Origin: Candidatus Levyibacteriota bacterium
GTDB lineage: Bacteria > Patescibacteriota > Microgenomatia > Levybacterales > UBA12049
Assembly (NCBI GenBank): GCA_043823085.1
Contig: JBDRBE010000001.1
Span: 113,110-177,109, forward strand
Direction: 5' to 3'
DNA: 64,000 nucleotides
Part shown: one piece after another, positions 49,723 through 58,731 of the stretch
Layout: every line of letters begins with the position of its first letter
Position numbering within the stretch: the first letter of the stretch is position 1
Made by a program: the position numbers and the translations under genes
Notes under the pieces: model-generated
Database searches by the model: none
Seen by the model: the letters and a program-made list of their open reading frames with translations, nothing else
What the model was told of the DNA's origin: nothing

Positions 49723-50487
49723 TCATAAAACGGAAAGAGCAACTTGATGTAAATTGTCCAATGCTCTTACTACTTCTGGGAGATGAAATCCTGGCTCCCA
49801 TATTTCGTTAGAAACTAAATCACTTATTACAAATGCGGCCGCAAATTCTACTCCTCTATGCTTTGCTACTGCAGCCAATGCCGCTGTTTCCATTTCTACT
49901 GTTAAAACTCCTTCTTCTTGATATTGACTTACTTCCTCTCTTGTTTCACGGAAAGGCGCATCAATAGTCCAAGTTTGTCCTTCGCTAAATTGCAAATTTT
50001 GCTGTTCTAGTTTTTCCTTTAACTTACTTGTTAAGTCAAAAGAGGTGTCTACGTATTTACCAGGTTCTAAATAATGATGAGAAATGCCTTCATCTCTTAT
50101 CGCTTTATTGCAAACAACGATATCGCCAACCTTTGAATTTTTTCCAACTCCTCCTGCTACCCCAATATTTATAAATCTGCGACTGCCTTTTGCTATTAGC
50201 TCCTCCATTATCACTGCCGCCTGTGAAGCACCAAGCCCATATAAAGATACTCCAACTTTATTATCTTTACTTGCCAGAAAATATAATTGTTGGGTAACAT
50301 AATGATCTTTCAAACCATCCTCCCAAGCTAAAATATTTTGAAGCGCTGAATATTGATGGGTTAAAACTACTCCCTCTGGAGCTTGAAAATTACGGGATGA
50401 TTCAATTTTCCTCCGGTATCCTAATGAATCTTCTGGCGAATAAATTGCGTCAAACCCATGTTTTCCCTCAACGTTTGGATAAGGCAT
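49723..50487 (-). CDS. nucleoside phosphorylase (PNP/UDP family)
   Basis: GLGASQAAVIMEEL...GVAGGVG...EMETAALAAVA blocks of the PNP-UDP family. Confidence 0.7.
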   Translation of the reverse strand: MPYPNVEGKHGFDAIYSPEDSLGYRRKIESSRNFQAPEGVVLTHQYSALQNILAWEDGLKDHYVTQQLYFLASKDNKVGVSLYGLGASQAAVIMEELIAKGSRRFINIGVAGGVGKNSKVGDIVVCNKAIRDEGISHHYLEPGKYVDTSFDLTSKLKEKLEQQNLQFSEGQTWTIDAPFRETREEVSQYQEEGVLTVEMETAALAAVAKHRGVEFAAAFVISDLVSNEIWEPGFHLPEVVRALDNLHQVALSVL

Positions 50488-50554
50488 AATTTAATTTACG
50501 TATTATACAATACCCCGAAGAATTGCAAACGGTGTAATTTGTTATAATTGAAAA

Positions 50555-50818
50555 GTGGAAAAGAGTTTGGAAGAAAGAGTTTCGGAAATTGAACAAAGAA
50601 ACAAAAAAGTGGAACTGGATAAGACCTGGGAAACAAGTTATACAAGGCGATTTTTACTTTTGGCTTTTACCTATTTAGCGATTGCCTTATATTTGAAATT
50701 TATTCTTGGCGTCGAACCTTGGCTTAATGCAATTATCCCCTCCATCGGCTTCCTGCTTTCAACTCTAACCCTGCCATTCTTTAAAGAACTCTGGAAAAAA
50801 TATTTTTATAAGAAGTAA
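50555..50818 (+). CDS. small two-transmembrane membrane protein (GTG start)
   Basis: 87 aa. Its first 10 codons and its 3' flank are duplicated at 49527-49700. Confidence 0.4.
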   Translation: MEKSLEERVSEIEQRNKKVELDKTWETSYTRRFLLLAFTYLAIALYLKFILGVEPWLNAIIPSIGFLLSTLTLPFFKELWKKYFYKK

Positions 50819-50869
50819 TTTTTCTACCGTATCCTAGCCTCCTTCCGATCTCAGATCGAAAAGACACTT

Positions 50870-50890
50870 GTTACACCCCCGAGGTGTAAC
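50870..50890. repeat. 21-nt palindrome gttacacccccgaggtgtaac
   Basis: Between convergent genes 50555..50818 and dnaJ, in a bidirectional-terminator position. Confidence 0.7.
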
Positions 50891-50898
50891 ATATTGAA

Positions 50899-51795
50899 TT
50901 AGAACCAGCCTTTTTTCTTTTTTCCTTCTTCTTCAAATTGCCGCAAGAGTTCTTTTTGGCGAGAGGTGAGGTTTTTGGGAATATTAATTTTGATGCGTAG
51001 GTAATGATCGCCTTTCCCCGATCCGCGAAGATGTGGAACTCCGCGGCCGCGAAGACGAATAACTGTATTGGGTTGCGTGCCTGATGGAATTTTAAGTTGA
51101 ACTGATTCATCAATGGTTTCAACTGAAATGACTGTTCCCAAAACCGCCTGTGAGTAGGAAATTTCTTTTTCGGAAATAATATTTACCCCTTCTCTTCGAA
51201 ATTTTTTATCCGGGTGAACTCGAATTACAATATCATATTCGCCAAAACGAATTCTTGAACCATCATCAACTCCGGCAGGAATTTTTATAGTTTGAGTTTG
51301 ACCGCCAATTTCAACTCTTTTTTGCACACCTTTTACCGCTTCCATAAAATCGATGGCTAAAGAATAAGTTTGCCGCCTTTGTGCTCGGCCAAAAGGCGAA
51401 CCACCGCCAAAAAACTGCTCAAAGATTTCAAAAGGATCGGAAAATCCGCCAAAGTCGAATTCCTGCCCTCCGCCGGACGTTGAATAAGTATAAGTAAACG
51501 GTCCGTATTGACCTGTTTGTTGACCGCCAAATCCGCCAAAAGGACCTCCCGGTCCTTGAGAGCCACCTTGTTCAAATGCTGCTGACCCAAACTGATCATA
51601 AGTCTGTCTTTTTTGAGGATCAGCCAAAACTTCGTAGGCTTTGTTTACTTCTTTAAATTTTGCCTCTCCTTCTTTGGTTTTATTTCGGTCGGGATGATAC
51701 TGTAAAGCCAGTTTTCGATAAGCCTTTTTTATCTCATCCAGACCTGCGTTTTTGGAAACCCCCAAAACCTCATAAAAATCTTTATTCTCCGCCAT
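50899..51795 (-). CDS. dnaJ: DnaJ-family co-chaperone (J-domain plus Gly/Phe-rich region plus C-terminal domains, no Zn finger)
   Basis: HPD motif (YHPDRNK), Gly/Phe-rich linker, 298 aa. Confidence 0.85.
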   Translation of the reverse strand: MAENKDFYEVLGVSKNAGLDEIKKAYRKLALQYHPDRNKTKEGEAKFKEVNKAYEVLADPQKRQTYDQFGSAAFEQGGSQGPGGPFGGFGGQQTGQYGPFTYTYSTSGGGQEFDFGGFSDPFEIFEQFFGGGSPFGRAQRRQTYSLAIDFMEAVKGVQKRVEIGGQTQTIKIPAGVDDGSRIRFGEYDIVIRVHPDKKFRREGVNIISEKEISYSQAVLGTVISVETIDESVQLKIPSGTQPNTVIRLRGRGVPHLRGSGKGDHYLRIKINIPKNLTSRQKELLRQFEEEGKKKKGWF

Positions 51796-51798
51796 AAT

Positions 51799-52683
51799 TT
51801 ATCCTCTCGTAAAAAAACTACTAACCATTTCCCCCGTCCTAACAAAAATTGTCGTCACTTGTCTACTCGCGACTGGAACCATTTGACCTAAATCATAAAA
51901 ATTTCCTTGAGCAACAGTTTCTTTCTTTCTAACTGTCTCTACTAAATCTTTTTTTGTTTTTCCCGGAAAACGGGTTTGACAATAACCCAACTGTCCAGAC
52001 TCTCGACCATCACTGCCACCAAAAGCGCTAAATTTTCCCGTTGCAAAAAGAGCAAGCGCATTTGCAAGGGCTGTTTGACCTGCAAGAGTAGCGTTCAAAA
52101 CTTCTATCCCATCTGGTTGAACAATCGTTGGATCGTCGAAACTTCTTTGAACACTTCGAAAACCTGCACTAAAAGTTAAAGGCGAAGTTGGGTGAGCCAA
52201 AACGCTAAAGCCTCCCATTTCATGAATAGCTTTTGCTGCGGTAAACAAATTTTTTCCTCTGCCAAAATACTCATTATAAACTTTGGTGTTTGGAACACAA
52301 CTTTTATCGGGAAAGTAAATTAAAACGTGGGCCGGAGATATTTGACCCGGGATTAAAAGAGTTGCTTCTACCCCAGCCAAAACTTGATTCTCTATGCCAT
52401 GTTTTTCAGCCAATTCCCAAACCAAATCAAAATTTTGCCTGTTGTCATGCTCTGTAACAGCAAAAACCATGCCATTTTCTCTCGCTCTTTCAAATATTTC
52501 TTCTATTTCTCCCCCAACGTCTCTTACATGAAGATGTAAATCTCCTATTCCCCAAGTCTCATCTACCACAACTCCTTCAGGAATCTGTAGTGTCTTTCTT
52601 TCTGGGACTATTAATGTTTCTTGTTTTACTGCCATATTTTCTACTCCTATTTTACCAAAAAGCCTCGGGTTGTTCCGAGGCAA
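51799..52683 (-). CDS. PHP-domain metal-dependent phosphoesterase
   Basis: GDLHLHVRD...FAVTEHDN histidine-rich PHP motifs. Ribosome-binding site AGGAG 8 nt upstream. Confidence 0.65.
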   Translation of the reverse strand: MPRNNPRLFGKIGVENMAVKQETLIVPERKTLQIPEGVVVDETWGIGDLHLHVRDVGGEIEEIFERARENGMVFAVTEHDNRQNFDLVWELAEKHGIENQVLAGVEATLLIPGQISPAHVLIYFPDKSCVPNTKVYNEYFGRGKNLFTAAKAIHEMGGFSVLAHPTSPLTFSAGFRSVQRSFDDPTIVQPDGIEVLNATLAGQTALANALALFATGKFSAFGGSDGRESGQLGYCQTRFPGKTKKDLVETVRKKETVAQGNFYDLGQMVPVASRQVTTIFVRTGEMVSSFFTRG

Positions 52684-52686
52684 AAA
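52656..52686 (-). terminator. rho-independent terminator after dnaK (gccucgg-aacaac-ccgaggc then UUUUU on the minus strand)
   Basis: 7-bp GC stem, 6-nt loop and a U5 tail in minus-strand sense. Confidence 0.6.
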
Positions 52687-52694
52687 GTTTAAAT

Positions 52695-52748
52695 GTCATC
52701 CTGAATTTATTTCAGGATCTCGAGATTCTGAACCGAGTTCAGAATGAC
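52695..52748. repeat. compound hairpin: two adjacent near-identical stem-loops (atcctgaa/ttcaggat and attctgaac/gttcagaat) inside an outer gtcat/atgac stem
   Basis: Read directly from the sequence between the dnaK stop and the terminator. Confidence 0.5.
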
Positions 52749-52756
52749 AAGGTCCC

Positions 52757-54688
52757 TTAGTTTACCACTTCTCCCTCAACCGGCTCCTCTTTATCCTCCG
52801 AAGCCTTGGCGGAGGAGGACTTTTTCTCTTCCTCTTTCTTTTCTTCGTCGTCTGTTTTCTCTTCTGTCTTCTGTCCTCCGTCTTCTGTTTTCTGATTCTG
52901 ATACATTGCCTGTCCGACTTTTTGTAAAGATTCTGAAAGCTCTTTGGTTTTTACTTCCAAATCTTCTTTTGTTCCAGTTTCCAAAATCGCTTTAAGCGCC
53001 GAAATTTTTTCTTCAATTTCTTTTTTAAGATCGTCTGCTACTTTTTCTTTGGCATCAGTTAGTGTTTTTTCCGAAGTAAAAATGAGCGAATCGGCTGCAT
53101 TGCGCGCCTCGATTCTTTCTTTTTTCTCTTGGTCCTCGGAAGCGTGCATTTCCGCTTCTTTGGTCATTTTTTCAACTTCTTCTTTGGAAAGTCCTGTTGA
53201 ACCTGTAATTTTTATGCTTTGCTCTCTTCCTGTTGCTTTATCTTTTGCCTTAACATTTAAAATACCATTAGCATCAATATCAAAAGTTACTTCAACTTGC
53301 GGAACTCCACGTGGAGCAGGCGGAATACCGTCCAAAATAAATCGGCCTAATGATTTATTGTCTGTTGCCATTGGACGCTCACCTTGTAAAACATTAATCT
53401 CAACTTGAGTTTGATTATCTGCCGCAGTTGAAAAAACCTGCGATTTGGAAATTGGAACAGTTGAATTTCTGGAAATTAATGGTGTGGAAACTCCGCCTAA
53501 AGTTTCAATTCCCAAAGTTAAAGGCGTAACATCCAAAAGTAAAACATCTTTTACTTCTCCGCCCAAAACTCCTCCCTGAATTGCCGCGCCAATTGCTACA
53601 ACTTCATCCGGATTAACCGACTTATTAAGTTCTTTGCCAAAGAATTTAGAAACAGCTTCGATAACCTTTGGCATCCTGGTCATTCCGCCAACCAAAATTA
53701 TCTCATCGATATCCGATGTTTTCAATTTTGCATCCTTAAGCGCCAGCTCAACCGGTTTTATGGATTTTTGAATTAAATCATCAACTAATTCCTCAAGTTT
53801 TGCGCGAGTTAATGTCATTGTTAAATGAAGCGGTCCGGCTTCGCCGGATTGGGTTATAAACGGCTGATTAATTTGCGCTTCCGTTGAAGAAGATAATTCT
53901 ATTTTTGCTTTTTCAGCTGACTCTCGAAGTCTTTGCAAGGCTTGGGGATCTTTCCTTAAATCAACTCCATTTTCTTTTTTAAATTCTTCGGCTAAATAAT
54001 CGACAATTATTTGATCAAAATCATCCCCTCCCAAATGAGTATCGCCATTTGTTGACTTTACTTCATAAACTCCATCGCCAAGTTCAAGAATAGAAATATC
54101 AAAAGTTCCGCCGCCCAAATCATAAACGGCAATTGTGTGGGCGTTTTTCTTGTCCAAACCATAAGCCAGCGCTGCGGCAGTCGGCTCATTAATAATTCGA
54201 AGAACTTCAAGTCCGGCAATTTCTCCGGCTTGTTTGGTAGCTTGTCTTTGCGAGTCATCAAAGTATGCTGGCACTGTAATTACCGCTTGTGTAACTTTTC
54301 CGCCAAGATAACTTTCTGCGTCGGCTTTTATTTTTTGCAAAATCATGGCCGAAATTTCCTGCGGAGTAAAAGTTCTACCATCAACTTCAACAACAGCCAT
54401 TCCATCGCGTCCGCTTTTTATGGTGTAGGGCAAAAGTTTAACGTCTTTTTGCACCGACGCATCACTGAATTTTCGACCCATTAATCTTTTAATCGAATAA
54501 ATTGTTTTCTTAGGTTTTAGAACAATTTGGCGTTTTGCCACATCACCAACAACGTGAGTAACTGGGTCAACCACTGAAGGAATAACATTCCTTCCTTCTT
54601 TAGAATGAATGACCTTCGGACTTCCGCCCTCCATTACTGCCACACATGAATTTGTTGTTCCTAAATCAATTCCAATAATCTTACCCAT
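52757..54688 (-). CDS. dnaK: chaperone DnaK (Hsp70)
   Basis: [11 protein letters not shown]-terminus, 643 aa. Confidence 0.95.
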   Translation of the reverse strand: MGKIIGIDLGTTNSCVAVMEGGSPKVIHSKEGRNVIPSVVDPVTHVVGDVAKRQIVLKPKKTIYSIKRLMGRKFSDASVQKDVKLLPYTIKSGRDGMAVVEVDGRTFTPQEISAMILQKIKADAESYLGGKVTQAVITVPAYFDDSQRQATKQAGEIAGLEVLRIINEPTAAALAYGLDKKNAHTIAVYDLGGGTFDISILELGDGVYEVKSTNGDTHLGGDDFDQIIVDYLAEEFKKENGVDLRKDPQALQRLRESAEKAKIELSSSTEAQINQPFITQSGEAGPLHLTMTLTRAKLEELVDDLIQKSIKPVELALKDAKLKTSDIDEIILVGGMTRMPKVIEAVSKFFGKELNKSVNPDEVVAIGAAIQGGVLGGEVKDVLLLDVTPLTLGIETLGGVSTPLISRNSTVPISKSQVFSTAADNQTQVEINVLQGERPMATDNKSLGRFILDGIPPAPRGVPQVEVTFDIDANGILNVKAKDKATGREQSIKITGSTGLSKEEVEKMTKEAEMHASEDQEKKERIEARNAADSLIFTSEKTLTDAKEKVADDLKKEIEEKISALKAILETGTKEDLEVKTKELSESLQKVGQAMYQNQKTEDGGQKTEEKTDDEEKKEEEKKSSSAKASEDKEEPVEGEVVN

Positions 54689-54822
54689 AGTTTTAAATGC
54701 TTTATTTCCTTTATTTATTTTTGATAGTCATTTCTATTTTACTATCAAATTGTTTCATTGTTGCATTGCTTCATTGTTCTCTTTAACAATGTAACAATTG
54801 AACAATCTAACAATCGTATATT

Positions 54823-55287
54823 TTATTTTCCTACTTTTACCATTGCTGGTCTAAGTGCTTTTCCTGAAATTAAATATCCTGCTCTTACTTCTTCCAAAAC
54901 TTTTCCTTCCTCGCCCTCTATTACTTCCACGCAATCCATTGTGTGTGGATTAAATTCTTTTCCGACTGTTTCTACTTTTTCTACTCCTTCGCTTTTTAAA
55001 ACATCCAAAAAATGCTGGATGCTTAAATTTAATCCTTCATCTCCGACATGAATTTGTGCCATTATTAGTGTATCTAAAACTGGCAAAAGTCGCAAGATGA
55101 TATCTTTGTTGGCTGAAACTATCCATTCCTTTTTTTCTTTTTCAACTCTTTTTTCTAAATTTTGATAATCCGCCAATACTCTTTTATAATTATCTTGACC
55201 AATTTTGATTTGATTTTCAAGGTCCTCTAGTTTTTTCTTTAACTCCTCGACTTCTTCGTTTTTCTTTTTATTTGCGTCATCCTTCAT
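54823..55287 (-). CDS. grpE: nucleotide exchange factor GrpE
   Basis: Coiled-coil N-terminus plus GrpE C-terminal domain; between hrcA and dnaK. Confidence 0.85.
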   Translation of the reverse strand: MKDDANKKKNEEVEELKKKLEDLENQIKIGQDNYKRVLADYQNLEKRVEKEKKEWIVSANKDIILRLLPVLDTLIMAQIHVGDEGLNLSIQHFLDVLKSEGVEKVETVGKEFNPHTMDCVEVIEGEEGKVLEEVRAGYLISGKALRPAMVKVGK

Positions 55288-55327
55288 TTTTTCTAACTTC
55301 TAGCTTCTATTTTCTACCTTCCAGCGC

Positions 55328-56056
55328 TTACCATCCTTTGGCAATTTCTTTAATCAAATTTTTAAAACAACGGACAGTTGGAACGATAGATGTATAATTT
55401 AATCTTACCGGTCCCAAAACTCCAATTTCGCCCGAAAGTTTCATTGGCGTTTCATAGCGGCTAAAAACAAAGCCGTAATTGGCCGGAAGTCTTGGCATAT
55501 CTTCGCCCAAAAGCACATGAATATCTTCGTCTTCGATAACTCCCGCAAATAAATTGCTAAAAAAGTCAAATTCATCAATTGCCGAAAGTAAATTTTTAGT
55601 GATATCAATGTCGTAAAACTCGGGCATATCCAAAATGTTGGCGTATCCGGAAGCATACATATCGCCATCGTCTGTTGTGGCAACTGCCAAAGCTTTAGTC
55701 TTTTCGGCCAAATTTTTTGTCAATTCCTTTAAAAATCTTTGTTCTTTTTCGCGATAATCCCAAAGTTTTTCTTTAACTGCAACTTCTTCGGCAACGGATA
55801 TTTCTTTTTCTTTCATTAATTGCGTGACGTAAAATTTCATGCCAACCGGGGTTGGAACACGGCCGGAAGAGGTGTGGGTTTTTTTAAGATATCCAAGATT
55901 TGTAAGACGAACCATTTCGTTTCGGATAGTTGCAGGAGAGGCTGAAAGATTGTGTTTTTTCTCTAAAGTTTCCGAACCAACAGGTTCTGCGGTTTCGATA
56001 TATTCCTCAATGAGGCTTTTTAAAATCTCTATTTGGCGTTGTGTTAAATCATGCAT
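55328..56056 (-). CDS. hrcA: heat-inducible transcription repressor HrcA (short, 242 aa)
   Basis: N-terminal winged-helix LTQRQIEILKSLIEEY...VGSETL typical of HrcA; first gene of the dnaK operon. Confidence 0.8.
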   Translation of the reverse strand: MHDLTQRQIEILKSLIEEYIETAEPVGSETLEKKHNLSASPATIRNEMVRLTNLGYLKKTHTSSGRVPTPVGMKFYVTQLMKEKEISVAEEVAVKEKLWDYREKEQRFLKELTKNLAEKTKALAVATTDDGDMYASGYANILDMPEFYDIDITKNLLSAIDEFDFFSNLFAGVIEDEDIHVLLGEDMPRLPANYGFVFSRYETPMKLSGEIGVLGPVRLNYTSIVPTVRCFKNLIKEIAKGW

Positions 56057-56205
56057 ATAAATTAACTCTCCTTGATTTTTATTTAATTACTTGCTAAAGA
56101 TCTGTTCTCGCCCCGTACATGCGCCCTTGCGAGGCAAGGATGTAAACCTTGCGAGCAAGTAAGCATTGTATGGGGTCGCTGTGTAAGATCATGCATATTT
56201 TTATA

Positions 56206-56232
56206 TTAGCAGTATAATACCACGACTGCTAA
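56206..56232. promoter_or_regulatory. CIRCE-variant operator TTAGCAGTA-N9-GACTGCTAA
   Basis: 9-N9-9 inverted repeat with CIRCE spacing (canonical TTAGCACTC-N9-GAGTGCTAA), about 150 nt upstream of hrcA. Overlaps the minus-strand promoter TTGACA (56237-56242) -17- TATTAT (56214-56219). Confidence 0.55.
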
Positions 56233-56376
56233 TCCTTGTCAAGACCCATTTTTCGGAAAAGAAATTACCGACCCCGTAAAGTCGCTCCGTGAGACACGTC
56301 TGACGTGTTCAAACGGCAAGACTCGACGGGGGGGGTCAAGGAATCTTTTGATATCAAATTGTGTTAAACTAAAAAC

Positions 56377-56715
56377 ATGAACAGACGTAGAAAACGGCCT
56401 TTTTGGCTTCTAATTATCAGCCTTTTATCTTTCGCTTCGTTAATTTATTTTTCGTTCTCATTCTCTCCTAATTCATTATTCATAATTCCTAATTCCTTAT
56501 TTAATACTACTTTTATTTTTCTCTTCCTCTTGTTTACTTTCTGTTTTTTTCTTTTCTCTTTTTTGCTGAACAATATCCGCCATGGTTTTTTTCTGGGATT
56601 ATTAATCGTAATTTACTTAATCCTCCGCCTTTTAGGCCTCATCAACATATTTTTTCTGCTTGTACTTCTGGCAATTTTCCTAACCCTTGAACTTCTATTC
56701 CGAAATCAAAAATAA
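56377..56715 (+). CDS. low-complexity Phe/Leu/Ser-rich membrane ORF (possibly spurious)
   Basis: ORF lies in a roughly 300-nt pyrimidine-rich tract; composition-driven. Confidence 0.25.
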   Translation: MNRRRKRPFWLLIISLLSFASLIYFSFSFSPNSLFIIPNSLFNTTFIFLFLLFTFCFFLFSFLLNNIRHGFFLGLLIVIYLILRLLGLINIFFLLVLLAIFLTLELLFRNQK

Positions 56716-56764
56716 AATGTATTGCGAGCTTGACTTCGAAATAATTGTGGACTAGAATCTTGTC

Positions 56765-57883
56765 GTGATTGATTATTCAAAAGTTCTAAAAATTTTATGC
56801 AAAGAACCTAGGTTTTCAGGCAGTAAAAGAAACAAAGAAATCCGACATTACTTAATAAATGAATTAAAGAATTTTGGTTATTATGTTAATATCCAAGAAT
56901 TTCCATTCACCGGCTGGAAATTAATTAAATTACCTCAAGTAAGATTTATCAAACCAATATCACAAAAAATTCAAATTCTTCCTGTTGTCTGGTCGCCAAG
57001 TATTAAAGAAAATAAAATTGCTGGCCAAATTCGTCAAGTCAAAGACATTAAAACATTCGAAGCCTATCCTTGGGAACGTTTTGCAGTTATTGATAAAAAA
57101 GGTCATACGCTTTGCTATTTTATAACAAGAAAGGATTTTGTCTGGGCCCAGCCATTGAACAACTCCAAAGTTAAAACTCCATATATTATTATTGACACTA
57201 AAGCCTGTCAGATAATTCACCAATTTATACAAGAAAGAAAACCGATAAGTGTTTGTGCATCTCTAGAGTGTCAAAAAATAAAAGGGTTGAAAATAGCTAA
57301 CATTTTAGCATCATTTAATGAGAAATATGAGATTATTGTCGCAGCGCATTATGACTCTATGTTTAATACTGTTGGCGCGCATGATAATGCAAGCGGCATA
57401 GCTGCCCTACTTGGCGTTGCAGAAACTAAACCATCCAATGTAAAGTTTATTGCTTTTGACGCAGAAGAATGGAATAAATTTGGCGCTTACTCATACGTTG
57501 AACGGGTAAAAACTTCTTCGCAATTTAAAAAAACTAAAATAATGATTAATCTTGATTCTGTTGGAGTTGGCGATTTTATATACCTTTTGGTTAGCCCGGC
57601 AATTGAAGACAAAATTAAAAAGGCTGTTAAGAAAACCTCTGTTGCAAAACGCATTAAAATCGAAATTACAGCCGCCAAAGCTTTTCCCCAATTCGACTCC
57701 TGGCCGTTTATGAAAAATGGAATACCTGTTATCCAAATCGGAACAAAAGGCGCGCTGCCCTTTAGATACTTTCATGACCCAAAAGATACTCTAAAAAACA
57801 TAAAAACTAATTTAATTAAAGAAACTTCTTTGTTAGTAACCGAACTTATCAATCAATTACAAGATAATTTAGGAGGTAAATAA
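56765..57883 (+). CDS. M28-family zinc aminopeptidase
   Basis: AAHYDS, GAHDNASG, FDAEE zinc-ligand blocks. Confidence 0.7.
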   Translation: MIDYSKVLKILCKEPRFSGSKRNKEIRHYLINELKNFGYYVNIQEFPFTGWKLIKLPQVRFIKPISQKIQILPVVWSPSIKENKIAGQIRQVKDIKTFEAYPWERFAVIDKKGHTLCYFITRKDFVWAQPLNNSKVKTPYIIIDTKACQIIHQFIQERKPISVCASLECQKIKGLKIANILASFNEKYEIIVAAHYDSMFNTVGAHDNASGIAALLGVAETKPSNVKFIAFDAEEWNKFGAYSYVERVKTSSQFKKTKIMINLDSVGVGDFIYLLVSPAIEDKIKKAVKKTSVAKRIKIEITAAKAFPQFDSWPFMKNGIPVIQIGTKGALPFRYFHDPKDTLKNIKTNLIKETSLLVTELINQLQDNLGGK

Positions 57884-58683
57884 TGGGTTGTACTATCGGA
57901 GCTATCCGCTGCAAAAACGGAAACTTATTATTATTTAAAAATAGAGATTTAACAACACTTAAGAAAAACCTGCCACCTCACATACAAAAAGGGGTGAAAT
58001 TTAAATATCTCGGGTTTGGAGCAGATTCCACAAAGAAAAATCCGGGCGTTTGGGCAGGAATAAATGAAAAAGGATTGGTAATTTTGGGCGCAGATGGAAA
58101 TTCTATCCGTGATTTCAAAGGCCCAAAATATGGAAAGGGTGAAAGGAGCTGGCAAGCATACGAAGAATCCCTTTCAAAAACCGCTTCTTGCAAAGAAGCC
58201 TGCTCATATTTAATTGATTTTCATAACTCCAATAAAATTGGCGGCAGCGGAGATATTATTTTGGTTTCAGACCGCATAAATTCTGCCATTCTTGAATATT
58301 CATTTGAACAATGGGGAATCGAATTTCTTTCAAAGAATCAATTTATGGTTCGAACTAATTTCTTTAATGTTTTAAAGCATTTGCGTCCAAAACCAGAAAC
58401 ATCTGACATAAATTTGAGTTCTGCAATTCGATATAAAAGGGCGACTAAACTTTTATCTAAAATGGGTAAAAATGCGACTGTTGAAGATATTATGAAACTT
58501 TGCCAAGACCACTCAAAAGGAAAAACTCCCTTCTCTATTTGCCGGCATGGAAAATTGGGAGAATATAGAACAACAGCTTCTGCAATTTTTGAAATTACGC
58601 CAAAATTCGCTAAAATTTATTATGTAATGAATGACAACCCATGCCATCAAAAATATAAAATGATCAAACTCCCCTTAGCTTAA
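57883..58683 (+). CDS. Ntn-hydrolase-like protein (peptidase C45/choloylglycine hydrolase-like), Cys at position 3
   Basis: MGCTIGA N-terminus with a putative nucleophile Cys right after a short propeptide; 266 aa. Confidence 0.4.
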   Translation: MGCTIGAIRCKNGNLLLFKNRDLTTLKKNLPPHIQKGVKFKYLGFGADSTKKNPGVWAGINEKGLVILGADGNSIRDFKGPKYGKGERSWQAYEESLSKTASCKEACSYLIDFHNSNKIGGSGDIILVSDRINSAILEYSFEQWGIEFLSKNQFMVRTNFFNVLKHLRPKPETSDINLSSAIRYKRATKLLSKMGKNATVEDIMKLCQDHSKGKTPFSICRHGKLGEYRTTASAIFEITPKFAKIYYVMNDNPCHQKYKMIKLPLA

Positions 58684-58731
58684 TAAATATCAATTGTTTA
58701 TAGCCTCATTCTCTGTTAAAATTAAACAGCA

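Noticed and set aside
56057-56110. Second CIRCE-like half-site TTAGCAAGT just upstream of the hrcA ribosome-binding site
   Set aside because: The partner arm is 18 nt away rather than 9 and matches poorly. The 56206-56232 element has the proper 9-N9-9 geometry.
56090-56350. GC-rich region tested by eye against tmRNA (UUCGACGGG-like string), RNase P P4 (AAAGUC...) and SRP domain IV consensus
   Set aside because: Only short coincidental matches. No complementary P4 strand, no tRNA-like 3' end, no GGAAGCAGC-type motif. Better explained as the hrcA promoter, operator and 5' UTR plus the upstream region of the next gene.
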